From an uncultured virus (IMG/VR IMGVR_UViG_3300026382_000008) (lineage: Duplodnaviria; Heunggongvirae; Uroviricota; Caudoviricetes): a stretch of 64,000 nt of DNA. This document shows positions 19,643 to 29,432 of this stretch, piece after piece. The stretch is taken from IMG/VR virus record IMGVR_UViG_3300026382_000008; one strand, given 5' to 3'. Under the pieces are notes generated by a model. It made no database searches and was not told where the DNA came from. It saw only the letters and a program-made list of their open reading frames with translations. The position numbers and the translations under genes were made by a program. Within the stretch, counting starts at the first letter, position 1; every line of letters begins with the position of its first letter.

Positions 19643-20234
19643 AAATCATGTATCACATTTTCCATCTTCTTTGAGTATGTTTTTCTTCATCTATCAAACA
19701 TTTTCTTCCATTTCAAACTTTCATGTCTTTAACGGAAAAGCTTTTAACGATTATGTATTAGATTACTTTAAATTAAAGAAGATTTGCAGTGATCCATCAT
19801 TATTCAATGCATATCCTATAGCATTAGGATATGCATTGGAAACATCTTTTAACACTCTTTGTTTTTTAAGTGATTCACAGATTACTCATGGAAGATTTTT
19901 TGAAACATTGTGCTTACTAAAGAAATTTGAGTTGACAAATCTTGTATGTGTTATTGACTTCAATAATCAAAGGTTAAGAAATCATCTTGATATAAATCTT
20001 GAAACATTTTTGGAAATTCTGAATTCTTTCAATTTGAGAATCAAGGTAATTGATGGATCATCTTTAGTCTATCAAAACTTTAGCTGTGATATTAATGAAT
20101 TCCACATTATAATTCTTCATACAAAAAAAGGATATCCTTTTAAATTCATTGAAGAAAACCCACAACTTTATCATTATAGGAGATTAGATGAGGAGTTTTA
20201 TATACAACTTAATCAAGAACTCAGAAAATTATAA
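19563..20234 (+). CDS. Transketolase-like N-terminal (TPP-binding) subunit, divergent
   Basis: SHFPSSLS, LSDSQ...GRFFE...IDFNNQ (degenerate GDG-x-NN), HTKKGYP...HY. Confidence 0.75.
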   Translation: MMMEFLMKKLNNTLKTELKKFITYCYKNHVSHFPSSLSMFFFIYQTFSSISNFHVFNGKAFNDYVLDYFKLKKICSDPSLFNAYPIALGYALETSFNTLCFLSDSQITHGRFFETLCLLKKFELTNLVCVIDFNNQRLRNHLDINLETFLEILNSFNLRIKVIDGSSLVYQNFSCDINEFHIIILHTKKGYPFKFIEENPQLYHYRRLDEEFYIQLNQELRKL

Positions 20235-20901
20235 GTTGTTTCATGCTGATATATTTCCTTATAAACATCCAAACATAATAGATGTAGGAAATTGTGAGTC
20301 AAGTTTATACCATGTGGCATATGGTTATGCTTTATCTCATCCTGATCAAATAGTTTTAGTTTTTGATGTATCGAGTTTTTCATTAGAGCAATCGATAAGC
20401 TTTTTTCGAGCATGTAAACCTGTAAAAAACTTTAAGATTTTGATTGGTGGTGCTGGTTTTGTTTACTATAAAACTTCTCATCAACATTATTGCTTGCATG
20501 ATATAAGTCTTGCTAAAAGTGTTTGTGGTACTGTGTTTTTTCCGATAAGTTTTCGTGAGTTAATACACTTTATAAACAGTAAAGAAGATACATGGACATT
20601 TATACGCCTGATGCCTGATAACTTGATTCATATGGATCTCCCAAAACTAAATCTAAGTATTCCTTTAGCATGTTATGGTTGGATTTTCAAGATCTTACAT
20701 CAATTTGTAAGTCCCATTAGGAGAATTTCTTATGTAAATTGTTTTTCTCGTTATAACAATTATCTTGTAATAGAAGATCATATATTTCACAATTTAACTA
20801 GTTATGATAAATGGTTTGGTGTACCATCTGTTTACTATGAAAGCTCAATGAAAATGTTTATTGAAAGAGGCATCGAGTGGCTCAAAAAATTCTCATTATA
20901 G
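20188..20901 (+). CDS. Transketolase-like C-terminal (pyrimidine-binding) subunit
   Basis: IDVGNCESSL..AYGYA, HYCLHDISL, FIRL, VIEDH. Confidence 0.75.
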   Translation: MRSFIYNLIKNSENYKLFHADIFPYKHPNIIDVGNCESSLYHVAYGYALSHPDQIVLVFDVSSFSLEQSISFFRACKPVKNFKILIGGAGFVYYKTSHQHYCLHDISLAKSVCGTVFFPISFRELIHFINSKEDTWTFIRLMPDNLIHMDLPKLNLSIPLACYGWIFKILHQFVSPIRRISYVNCFSRYNNYLVIEDHIFHNLTSYDKWFGVPSVYYESSMKMFIERGIEWLKKFSL

Positions 20902-21506
20902 GATGTGGTTATCTTGGGACAGCTATTTATGAGAGATTAAAATCATCATTTTTTGCTCTATGTACAAGTTTTAAATCTTTTGTTGACAATTTAAGAACAA
21001 TTCAATCACAAGATTTTATTCTTATTCATACTTCACATGTTAACAAAAATGAAGACATAAGTACGTATCAAACATATAAGAATTATCTTATAACAGAATA
21101 TCTTGTTAACTACAAATGGAAAAAGTACATTTTTCTCAGTAGTTTGGGTGTATATGAACTAGATAAAGTGAAAAGTACTTGCATATCAAATCAACATAAC
21201 TACAATTTATCTAAGTTTATTTCAGAATTTCGAATAAGAGAGACACAGCAATCATTTTTGATTTATCGATTAGACAGAATTTACGATGAATGTTTTAGAA
21301 GTAAAGGTTATATTAGTTATGCTATTAGAAACAATAAACCATTCAAACAATATGTATCTATTTGTTGGTTAAGAGACTTTTTAGATATCTTTGAGAAAAC
21401 TTTTCTAACAATGACAGGTGTTATTGATGTAAGAGGTAAATTCTATACATTCGAAGAGTTAAAACATGTCTTTGTTAACTATTGCTATACCAACAAAGAA
21501 TCGTAA
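20877..21506 (+). CDS. NAD-dependent epimerase/dehydratase (extended SDR)
   Basis: GCGYLG, FLSS.GVY, YNLSK. Confidence 0.85.
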   Translation: MAQKILIIGCGYLGTAIYERLKSSFFALCTSFKSFVDNLRTIQSQDFILIHTSHVNKNEDISTYQTYKNYLITEYLVNYKWKKYIFLSSLGVYELDKVKSTCISNQHNYNLSKFISEFRIRETQQSFLIYRLDRIYDECFRSKGYISYAIRNNKPFKQYVSICWLRDFLDIFEKTFLTMTGVIDVRGKFYTFEELKHVFVNYCYTNKES

Positions 21507-22155
21507 ACAGTATTTTTCTGAAACAATAAATAGTTTGAAAGCTTTCTATGACCAAAGAGAATTTGAAATTCTTATTCTTGATCAAACAGGTTACGCTGCT
21601 AATATATGTAGACATATTGATAATTGTAACATAATCACTTATAAAGAATACCTCTCGTTAAATGAAGTTTACAGAATTCTCATACAAGAAAGTAAAAGTG
21701 ATTTTATATGGTTTTTGGAAGATGATGATTATGTTTTAAACTGTAACATAAACGCATTCAATTATTTGATCTTGAAATACAAAGATCATATTCATTTTGT
21801 ACCACATAAAGAAGGTCAGTCTATCAAGTTTCTCTATCTTTTGAAGAATGAACGTATTACAAAAGAAAGGTTTATACATCTTTTGCAACAACATAATGAT
21901 TTATACTTTCTACAATTATCAAACTTTATTTTTCCTAAAGATGGACTTGTAATTGATTTCTTCAATGTTGTGGAAAGTATTTATAATGATTTTCTTCTGT
22001 TTCTTAAACATTCTTCAAAAACTGTTTGTTTCAATCCAAATTTGATATGGGTAAGGAGAATTCATGAACAACAAATATCATCAGAGTCAAAATATGAAAG
22101 ATTCGTTTACGATTCATTTCTCAGACATTACATGCATAATAGCTCATCCAGATGA
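21466..22155 (+). CDS. Glycosyltransferase family 2
   Basis: TIAIPTKNR, FLEDDD, RRIHEQQIS. Confidence 0.88.
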   Translation: MSLLTIAIPTKNRKQYFSETINSLKAFYDQREFEILILDQTGYAANICRHIDNCNIITYKEYLSLNEVYRILIQESKSDFIWFLEDDDYVLNCNINAFNYLILKYKDHIHFVPHKEGQSIKFLYLLKNERITKERFIHLLQQHNDLYFLQLSNFIFPKDGLVIDFFNVVESIYNDFLLFLKHSSKTVCFNPNLIWVRRIHEQQISSESKYERFVYDSFLRHYMHNSSSR

Positions 22156-22690
22156 TGAAGTCTTTTCATGTCTTGTTATGTTGCCATACATTACAAAAAT
22201 TGTTTGTCTTACATATGTTCCAAATCATAGAAGATTTGATACTTTACGCAATTTGTGTGATATATTAGGTATAAACTTATTGATTGATTATGATACAAAA
22301 CCTTTTCAAATACAACAATCAAAAACTGTTGAATTTCTTGATAAACACATAAAACTCTCAGAAAAATCTTTGTTGATAACTCATCATCCTAATGATTTAC
22401 ATCATGATCACAAACATGTTTATGAATGTGTTCAACAACATTTGAGATATAATACATATGCTTCATACATGTTTATGCCAGGTGTTTCTCATAATTGGCT
22501 GAAAACTGAGTTTAATACAGTTATTACATCAAATCACATAAGATTTGACTTGTTAGAAAAGTATAATTATATTCATAACTTCGAAATAATGAAGAATAAG
22601 TTAATAAGCATTCTTTCCTTTTATGGATCTCTTAAAGGAGCTCCTTATGGTTGGCCAGCATATACAAACTACACCCTTTTATGTACATGA
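22064..22690 (+). CDS. PIG-L/LmbE family deacetylase
   Basis: AHPDDE and HHDH motifs. Confidence 0.88.
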   Translation: MNNKYHQSQNMKDSFTIHFSDITCIIAHPDDEVFSCLVMLPYITKIVCLTYVPNHRRFDTLRNLCDILGINLLIDYDTKPFQIQQSKTVEFLDKHIKLSEKSLLITHHPNDLHHDHKHVYECVQQHLRYNTYASYMFMPGVSHNWLKTEFNTVITSNHIRFDLLEKYNYIHNFEIMKNKLISILSFYGSLKGAPYGWPAYTNYTLLCT

Positions 22691-23300
22691 TATAAACATA
22701 GGAAAACATTTATTGTACATGAATAAGTATTCAATACGATGCGATGACTCACTTTTTAGTCATTATTACTATTATGACTATTTCAAGAAATCAGTAATAC
22801 TTGCTGTCACAACATCGTATCTTCATGAATCTTCTAAGCTTAGAAAACGTTTTATTCAGACTCGTACTCCTTTGAATCACTTAACATGTTATGATTATAC
22901 TCGACAATTATTTGAAGGAAAAAAAGATGTTTTTATGACATATGAAGAATTAGTATGGTTAAGTCATCAACCAAACGTAATTATCATGTTTCATTCTCAT
23001 TGGCATTTAGCAGTTCCATCTGACAATTCACAGCGTCCGATAAGTCAGACACATTCTCTTTGGCAAGAATTCTATGATTGTCATTCTAAAATGGATTCTG
23101 TATATATTAATCCTCATTACAAAGACTTTATAGAATATGATTTTGAAGCAGGATTGATATTATTAAGATATCTTTTAAAGGATAGATTTTCATCTTATTT
23201 TGTTGCCCCTTATAACAGAGTTAATGATTTTCTTATATCAATTGCATCTAAATTTGGATTAAAAGTTTATCCTTGTAGAAATTTGGTGTGTATTGATTAG
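22623..23300 (+). CDS. Polysaccharide deacetylase (CE4/NodB-like)
   Basis: RCDD, MTYEEL, HSHWH, APYN. Confidence 0.7.
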   Translation: MDLLKELLMVGQHIQTTPFYVHDINIGKHLLYMNKYSIRCDDSLFSHYYYYDYFKKSVILAVTTSYLHESSKLRKRFIQTRTPLNHLTCYDYTRQLFEGKKDVFMTYEELVWLSHQPNVIIMFHSHWHLAVPSDNSQRPISQTHSLWQEFYDCHSKMDSVYINPHYKDFIEYDFEAGLILLRYLLKDRFSSYFVAPYNRVNDFLISIASKFGLKVYPCRNLVCID

Positions 23301-24125
23301 ATTCACAAACCATTCATACGTATGTTGAAAACATTCTTTAATATCGTCTTCTGATTGTTGTATAATGGATGATTTATAAGGTTTACGTTCTTCAACAAAA
23401 TCTTCTATTCGTGGTTTTGTTTCGTAAACAATTTTATGATACTCAGCGATATCAAGAATAAATTTTTCAAGCGTCATTGAAACACCAGCTAAATGAATAT
23501 CTATATTTGGTAAATCATGATCCAGAAATTTCAAAAGTGCTTCTAATGCTTTGATGCTGGTGAACGATCTTTTGATATTACGACCAAACAATTTCACATG
23601 TTTGTTAAAAGTTTTACAACGAACCACCGAAAATGGAAGTCGTGAATCATGTAGTTTAAAATAGGGACCAAACATATTGTAAGGATAAACTATCAGATAT
23701 TGTTTGTATATTGAACGAATTAGTATTTCAGCCATCATTTTAGATGCAGGATAAACTAAACGTTCATCTGGAACATTTAGAACATTCAGAGCTTTCATAT
23801 CGAACTTTTCTGGAGAGGATGTAAAAATTATACGATCTGTTTTTGATTGCAAAATTTGTACCAAGTTTATATTAGCTTCAATCAGTTGCTTATGTGCACT
23901 CATAACTTGTGACGGTCCTGTTGTAGACAGAAGATGAATAACTAAATCAAATTTGATATTTGACTGTTTCAGTTCATCAATATAACCAAAATGATCTAGG
24001 TAGTAATCTATATTATAAGTTTTACAGATGTCGTAACCGTAGAGTTTGAATGATGAATTAGTTTTTATCATTCTTATAAGATTTTGACCAATCATGCTTG
24101 AACATCCAACGATACAAACTTTCAT
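23259..24125 (-). CDS. NAD-dependent epimerase/decarboxylase (extended SDR)
   Basis: GCSSMIG, FTSS.E, YPASK, NMFGP, RSF; SD GGAGG. Confidence 0.85.
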   Translation of the reverse strand: MKVCIVGCSSMIGQNLIRMIKTNSSFKLYGYDICKTYNIDYYLDHFGYIDELKQSNIKFDLVIHLLSTTGPSQVMSAHKQLIEANINLVQILQSKTDRIIFTSSPEKFDMKALNVLNVPDERLVYPASKMMAEILIRSIYKQYLIVYPYNMFGPYFKLHDSRLPFSVVRCKTFNKHVKLFGRNIKRSFTSIKALEALLKFLDHDLPNIDIHLAGVSMTLEKFILDIAEYHKIVYETKPRIEDFVEERKPYKSSIIQQSEDDIKECFQHTYEWFVNLINTHQISTRINF

Positions 24126-24139
24126 AAGGACGCCTCCTA

Positions 24140-24643
24140 ATGAAATGTATTTATTCAGGATCTTATGCTTTTAATAAATTGTATGAATCTAGTTATAGTC
24201 CAAATGATATTGATATTTATACATATAACCCAACATTTGTAAGAAATGTTTCGAAAATAGATATAACTTTATGTGATCCTATCTTTATTGATATAGTAGG
24301 ATTTCTCTATCCAAACTTATGCATTAATTGTAATTCAACATTATCTTATTCACATAACTCCTTAATCTTATTTGAAATCAAAAACTATCTTCAATCAATC
24401 ATAAATAATTGTTTAACATCATCGTACAAATATCAAGTAAGATTAATTCTATACTTGACATTCTTTAGTGCCTTACATTTGCGAACATCTTTACTTTTAA
24501 CCTTTGATTTTGTAAACATGATTTTATCACCAAGATACATAAATTTGTACTTTAAACCACGAAATTCCTTAAAAGTAAATAAGATTTTAACATCTGGTAA
24601 CATTCTGGAAGCAAATCTAATTAAGAAGAGGTTACTATCATGA
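24140..24643 (+). CDS. Putative nucleotidyltransferase-like protein
   Basis: SGSYA...NDIDIY (GS-x-DxD signature). Confidence 0.5.
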   Translation: MKCIYSGSYAFNKLYESSYSPNDIDIYTYNPTFVRNVSKIDITLCDPIFIDIVGFLYPNLCINCNSTLSYSHNSLILFEIKNYLQSIINNCLTSSYKYQVRLILYLTFFSALHLRTSLLLTFDFVNMILSPRYINLYFKPRNSLKVNKILTSGNILEANLIKKRLLS

Positions 24644-24825
24644 TTCATTCTTTTCAAATTTTCGTAGATCTTGCTTTATTTGCTCTTGGTTTCGTTCTTG
24701 GTATTTTAGCTTACAAGAAAAGACATACTATAAAACAAGAAGCTAAAGAAGAATTCGAAGTTGTCAAACGCAAACTTAGTGAATTAGAACTCAAACTTGA
24801 AGAATTAGCAAAAAAGAAATTATAG
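24640..24825 (+). CDS. Small membrane protein with coiled-coil tail
   Basis: N-terminal hydrophobic helix, charged C-terminus, SD GAGGT. Confidence 0.7.
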   Translation: MIHSFQIFVDLALFALGFVLGILAYKKRHTIKQEAKEEFEVVKRKLSELELKLEELAKKKL

Positions 24826-24832
24826 AAACAAA

Positions 24833-24861
24833 GAGGTCCTATGGAATTTCCATAGGACCTC
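24833..24861. terminator. Palindromic hairpin at the convergence of the + and - gene blocks
   Basis: GAGGTCCTATGGAA-T-TTCCATAGGACCTC, 14-bp perfect inverted repeat. Confidence 0.75.
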
Positions 24862-24897
24862 CCTCCTATTTTTAACTTGGATTGCGATGTTACGTTT

Positions 24898-25305
24898 TTA
24901 GTTGGCTTTCTTGAGATCATCATTAGACAAAGCAGCGATTGCTATAACCTCATCAAGAGTAACATATTCAACAATACGAAAAATAGGATCAAAAATAAAT
25001 TCTCCTCTAATAAGCGGAACAAAAGTGAAGCTTTCTGGATCTGTATCAGAATACCATTCAATTGTCAACACAAAACTTTCAATAGAAACAACTTTTCCAT
25101 ATGTTTTGATTATCTCATAATCTATATCATCTGGTAACATATACCATGATCTAAATTGTCCTGCAACAGGAAAGGAATTATTGGATATTTCGTGTATAAG
25201 TTTTTCAATAACAGGTTCCTGATATGTGATCGTTAAATCAGTATTCGGTGAGTAAGGCAATACTATTTGGTAACAAGTTTGGAGTGGTTGTTTTACATAC
25301 ATCAT
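24898..25305 (-). CDS. Hypothetical protein
   Basis: SD GAGGT, operon context. Confidence 0.7.
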   Translation of the reverse strand: MMYVKQPLQTCYQIVLPYSPNTDLTITYQEPVIEKLIHEISNNSFPVAGQFRSWYMLPDDIDYEIIKTYGKVVSIESFVLTIEWYSDTDPESFTFVPLIRGEFIFDPIFRIVEYVTLDEVIAIAALSNDDLKKAN

Positions 25306-26080
25306 ACAAAACCTCGTTTGAGATATGTTTTAGAGGACTATCAAATAACCAGAAATCTGTCAAATTATACTTTACAATATAATAACTAAGATCATATCTG
25401 AAATGAGTTTGTAAGAATTGTTCTAAAACAGTTTTTTCAAAAGCATCAAGATTTGCAAAATTTGGTAAGAAATGAGTAGAGACCTCTATATGAAGTGGCC
25501 AGAACAGATGAATAAGTTTATAATAATCGTATAAGAATTGATAATCATCATTATCAAAATCAAAACCTATGGTTAAAAGTAAATCTCTAAAAGTTTTGAT
25601 TGACTTTCTTTTTAAACGTTTATGCAAAGAATCTAAACGAAATATCACAAGCTTATTTAATCCATCTTCAAAAGTATAGTATGCTGTTTTGAGTTTGTTT
25701 AATAAACACTTAACTTTCCATATAGAATTAACATGAGTATATATAGGTGGTTCTGGTAGACGATAAAATTTTTGTAGTTCTTGTTGTAGTTTACAAAGTT
25801 TTTCTTGTAAGAAATCATCAAATTTGATGGGTGCATAATCAAATGTGTAAACTTTATCATATATTGGATGAAGTAATACCTGTTTGAGAGTAGCTTTCTG
25901 TCTGTTTAATGCAAAACATATAATAAGTTTGTTATCACCTTTGTATTCTATATTCTTACCGTGAAGAAAAATCTTTATATTAAGAGTATCTTCATCAAAG
26001 TATTCCCAACGAGCATCAGTAACTTTAAACTTATGAGAAAGTATGAGATATGAATCAGGTTTAATAATATAACCTCTCAT
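25238..26080 (-). CDS. Hypothetical protein
   Basis: Coupled ORF. Confidence 0.7.
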   Translation of the reverse strand: MRGYIIKPDSYLILSHKFKVTDARWEYFDEDTLNIKIFLHGKNIEYKGDNKLIICFALNRQKATLKQVLLHPIYDKVYTFDYAPIKFDDFLQEKLCKLQQELQKFYRLPEPPIYTHVNSIWKVKCLLNKLKTAYYTFEDGLNKLVIFRLDSLHKRLKRKSIKTFRDLLLTIGFDFDNDDYQFLYDYYKLIHLFWPLHIEVSTHFLPNFANLDAFEKTVLEQFLQTHFRYDLSYYIVKYNLTDFWLFDSPLKHISNEVLYDVCKTTTPNLLPNSIALLTEY

Positions 26081-26667
26081 ATCAGCCTCATATCAATAAT
26101 GTTACAACATACCCTATCAATCTTAAGATATTTTACGTATCCACGCAACTCTCTTAATACAGAAATGTTATACATTATATGCTTAAAAGCAGAATCAAAA
26201 ACTTCAAATCTGTCTTCTTCTTTATTATAACGGAGCGTCAAATCATCTTTTGTATATGAAACTGATTCACTATCTATATCATCGATAAACTTGTTAATTT
26301 GTTCAGTATTGTCAAACTCAAAATAAGGATATGGTTCAATAAAGCTTATTTCTTTGGCATCAAAATCAAGAATTGCTAGTTTATCATTAAGAATTGTATA
26401 AAGATGTCTCCTCTTTCTTTTCAGAATGTTGATATAGTTATCAATTGTTTGACTTATATGACCGTTAAAGATATCGTGTATAAAAGAATCAAGATTGAAA
26501 AAATGAAGATGACCTTCCGAAGGAAGTCTTCTAATAATCTTAGAAACAAATTTAAATTTTCTAGTAGTTTGAATATCATGAAGATGAATAACCTCTATAT
26601 GCTGATCTCGCATATAAACTTCGTAGTCTCTAAATCTCTTGATTGTCTTTAACATGACATACCTCAA
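26077..26667 (-). CDS. Hypothetical protein
   Basis: Coupled ORF. Confidence 0.7.
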   Translation of the reverse strand: MRYVMLKTIKRFRDYEVYMRDQHIEVIHLHDIQTTRKFKFVSKIIRRLPSEGHLHFFNLDSFIHDIFNGHISQTIDNYINILKRKRRHLYTILNDKLAILDFDAKEISFIEPYPYFEFDNTEQINKFIDDIDSESVSYTKDDLTLRYNKEEDRFEVFDSAFKHIMYNISVLRELRGYVKYLKIDRVCCNIIDMRLI

Positions 26668-27224
26668 CCAAGTAAATTATCAAACATGTTTTGTATATAT
26701 GCTTGTTTACTTTTAGTAAGTGTACAATGATATAGCCTATCAATCTTTGCATAAACTGGCTTTTCTGGAAAATCAATTATTAGATAAGGATTGAAAACAG
26801 AAGTATTTGCATCTACATATCTGAAAACTGGATTGAAATCTCTGATGTTTAGTTTCTGTTTGCTAAGAATATTATCAATAGCTTTTATCACAGTATGACA
26901 AGCTTTCCTAATGTTTTGGTTTAGATTAGGTTTGTAAATGTAGTATTCACCATATCTTACGATATTTTTGGGTTCATAAAACCAATCAAATACTTTAAGT
27001 GTTACATCATCATTATAGATGTTAATAAGTGAACTCCATATTCTACAATTGTAGTAATCATCATCTTTTACAATCTCATCAGCTTCATCATTTATGATCA
27101 TCTTACATTTTTCTTTCAACAATTTGAAATGATACGATGTTAATCTATTTGTGCAAACTTTAACAAGACCGATGTATCTCCAACGAATTTGTAACTGAGG
27201 GTTTATAGCATAAAAGTTAAACAT
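26664..27224 (-). CDS. Hypothetical protein
   Basis: SD GGAG, coupled ORF. Confidence 0.7.
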   Translation of the reverse strand: MFNFYAINPQLQIRWRYIGLVKVCTNRLTSYHFKLLKEKCKMIINDEADEIVKDDDYYNCRIWSSLINIYNDDVTLKVFDWFYEPKNIVRYGEYYIYKPNLNQNIRKACHTVIKAIDNILSKQKLNIRDFNPVFRYVDANTSVFNPYLIIDFPEKPVYAKIDRLYHCTLTKSKQAYIQNMFDNLLG

Positions 27225-27233
27225 ATTCGACTC

Positions 27234-28175
27234 CTAAAACAGACTTTCGAGGATTTGAGATGTAGAAAGATTAACTTCTATATCCATAGCAGATAAAACT
27301 TCATTAGCTTTAGATACGAAAACTTTATCTAAAATTGTTTCTTCATCAAGCTTGATCCATTCAGGAATTGTATCAAAATCCGTTGGTATGACAATTCTGT
27401 CTAAGATATCGAGTAAATTCTTCTTTTTCTTTAATCCGTATTTGTTATGAAAGTTTTCTAGAAATACCTTGATGTCATCATTAGACATCTTAAAATAAGT
27501 GAAATCTATACCCTTTATGTAGATCTTGTAACCTTTTGATCCTGGTTGAAAAATATCTTGTTTCATCAATTCATTATAAAGCAACATACCACGAATACAA
27601 TCATTAATAGTTTTGTATTCTGATAGAGGTTTGTTGAATCCACATGGTACACAAATAGATGTGCTGCGTTTACGGATCAGTTCTTTAAATCGACTTTTCC
27701 ACATTTCAACAGCTTTAAGTATCAAATCTCTTTCACCATTAGTAAAAATAATAACATGAAAAAGATCCTTCATCATTTCATTTGTTAATGGTGGGACATC
27801 AGACTTAACACCTATACCAGATTGACTTATCTCTTGAATTAACTCTCCTTCACGTTCAATGATGTATTGAGCATAAGCTTTCTTTCTTAAAAAATAGAGT
27901 GATTTAAATAAGTATTCTGTCTTAAAAGAGAATCGATTGTCTTCGACATTCAAGATCTTTGCAAATTCATTGAGTATTTTATCTGAAAAAGCAGATAATC
28001 TATCTATGATTCTATGGGCTGCTTCATAGATAACTATCTCATTCAGTTTACAATTGACTCTTTGTTCAGCTTCCTCTTGAGACAAACCAAGTTTAGTTAA
28101 TGTTTGAATTGCTTCTTCTTTATTAGGAAAGTATTTAAGCAGCTCTTGCTTAATCAGATTCTTATTCATCTTCAT
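27234..28175 (-). CDS. Family B DNA polymerase, C-terminal (palm end + thumb) subunit
   Basis: FKTEYL...FLRKKAYA (KKxY), SGIGVKSDVP; has its own SD GGAGG. Confidence 0.8.
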   Translation of the reverse strand: MKMNKNLIKQELLKYFPNKEEAIQTLTKLGLSQEEAEQRVNCKLNEIVIYEAAHRIIDRLSAFSDKILNEFAKILNVEDNRFSFKTEYLFKSLYFLRKKAYAQYIIEREGELIQEISQSGIGVKSDVPPLTNEMMKDLFHVIIFTNGERDLILKAVEMWKSRFKELIRKRSTSICVPCGFNKPLSEYKTINDCIRGMLLYNELMKQDIFQPGSKGYKIYIKGIDFTYFKMSNDDIKVFLENFHNKYGLKKKKNLLDILDRIVIPTDFDTIPEWIKLDEETILDKVFVSKANEVLSAMDIEVNLSTSQILESLF

Positions 28176-28217
28176 TCCTCCATTATGAATAGGGAGGGCA
28201 ACAAGCCCTCTAAAGAC

Positions 28218-29423
28218 TTATTTGGTTTCTTGAAGTTGATGTACTTTACGAATAATTGGTTCAAGATTGTTAAACTTCCCAGCTACATAGAATGTAATAA
28301 AAGTTTTCATCTCATGATTATGTTTAGCATAAAGAGCTCTTAAGTGTTTTACATATGTGACATATTTTCGAATAGTATCATCTTTAAAAAGTATATAAAC
28401 ATAGTATTGTTTACTTGGATTAACATATTTAAGAGTTAGATCAAGATCCTTCTTATGTAAACCAACAAGCATGTAATATTCCGTATCGTTTATTTGTCTA
28501 AAATCGTGATTGTTTGGTCTTAAAACAGTCATATCGGATAATGAATATTTGAAAACCACACCAAATTTATGCATCATACCTGTTGTTAACCATTCAGTGA
28601 TATACATCTTATGTGGAATGTGTATCATCAGAGATCTTCTAAAATCATAAAGATTTGAAGTTTTAAGAGCATGAAACTCATCTGAATCATGAAGTAATGG
28701 TATATGAAATGGAATTTTGCTTTGACCATGAAAATAAGTTTCAACAAATTCAAACATGTTGCTAAATTGATTAAAGTCTACATATTTCTTGATAAACTTT
28801 GGAACAAAACGATTGAATACATCTTCAAAAGTTTGTTTACGGAGATGTTTATGGCAATTGAAATTGATAGTAACTCTATAAATCTTATTGGTTAGTTTAG
28901 ACTGCAGAATAAAAGTCTGGAAGAGTTTCTCAACATCAGGTGATCGAAGATTAAGTTTAATGGCTAAATACTTGCGCAAAGGCTCTATTTTGATTTTCTC
29001 TGATAATTTATAGAAGTGAGAAACAGGAACAATATCAATTTTAGCATTCTTAATGAATTCAGTTATATCATGCTTATGATAGAAAACTTTGTTTACTTTA
29101 CCATTGATAAAATCTCGAATTTGTATTGCTAGATTTGATATGTTTGGTGTGTAGTAAAGTTTATCGTCTATTGTTAGTAACATATACTTAGCTTTACCAG
29201 AAACTGCATTCTGTCTTAACCATATCTTAAACAAAGGATAGGGTGGTTTTTCGCTATAAACTTTATCAACAATTTTAAATTGATCAAGAATCTCTTTCGA
29301 TGAAATTTTCTTATTAAAACCGAAGTAGATATCATCAGAACTAGTTAACTTACGATATGCTGATCTAGAAAGAGCATATTTCTCATGAGTTTGCTTATGT
29401 TCTATTATGTAGTAGTATTCCAT
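28218..29423 (-). CDS. Hypothetical basic protein
   Basis: 401-aa ORF with SD GGAGG. Confidence 0.75.
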   Translation of the reverse strand: MEYYYIIEHKQTHEKYALSRSAYRKLTSSDDIYFGFNKKISSKEILDQFKIVDKVYSEKPPYPLFKIWLRQNAVSGKAKYMLLTIDDKLYYTPNISNLAIQIRDFINGKVNKVFYHKHDITEFIKNAKIDIVPVSHFYKLSEKIKIEPLRKYLAIKLNLRSPDVEKLFQTFILQSKLTNKIYRVTINFNCHKHLRKQTFEDVFNRFVPKFIKKYVDFNQFSNMFEFVETYFHGQSKIPFHIPLLHDSDEFHALKTSNLYDFRRSLMIHIPHKMYITEWLTTGMMHKFGVVFKYSLSDMTVLRPNNHDFRQINDTEYYMLVGLHKKDLDLTLKYVNPSKQYYVYILFKDDTIRKYVTYVKHLRALYAKHNHEMKTFITFYVAGKFNNLEPIIRKVHQLQETK

Positions 29424-29432
29424 CCTATCCTC

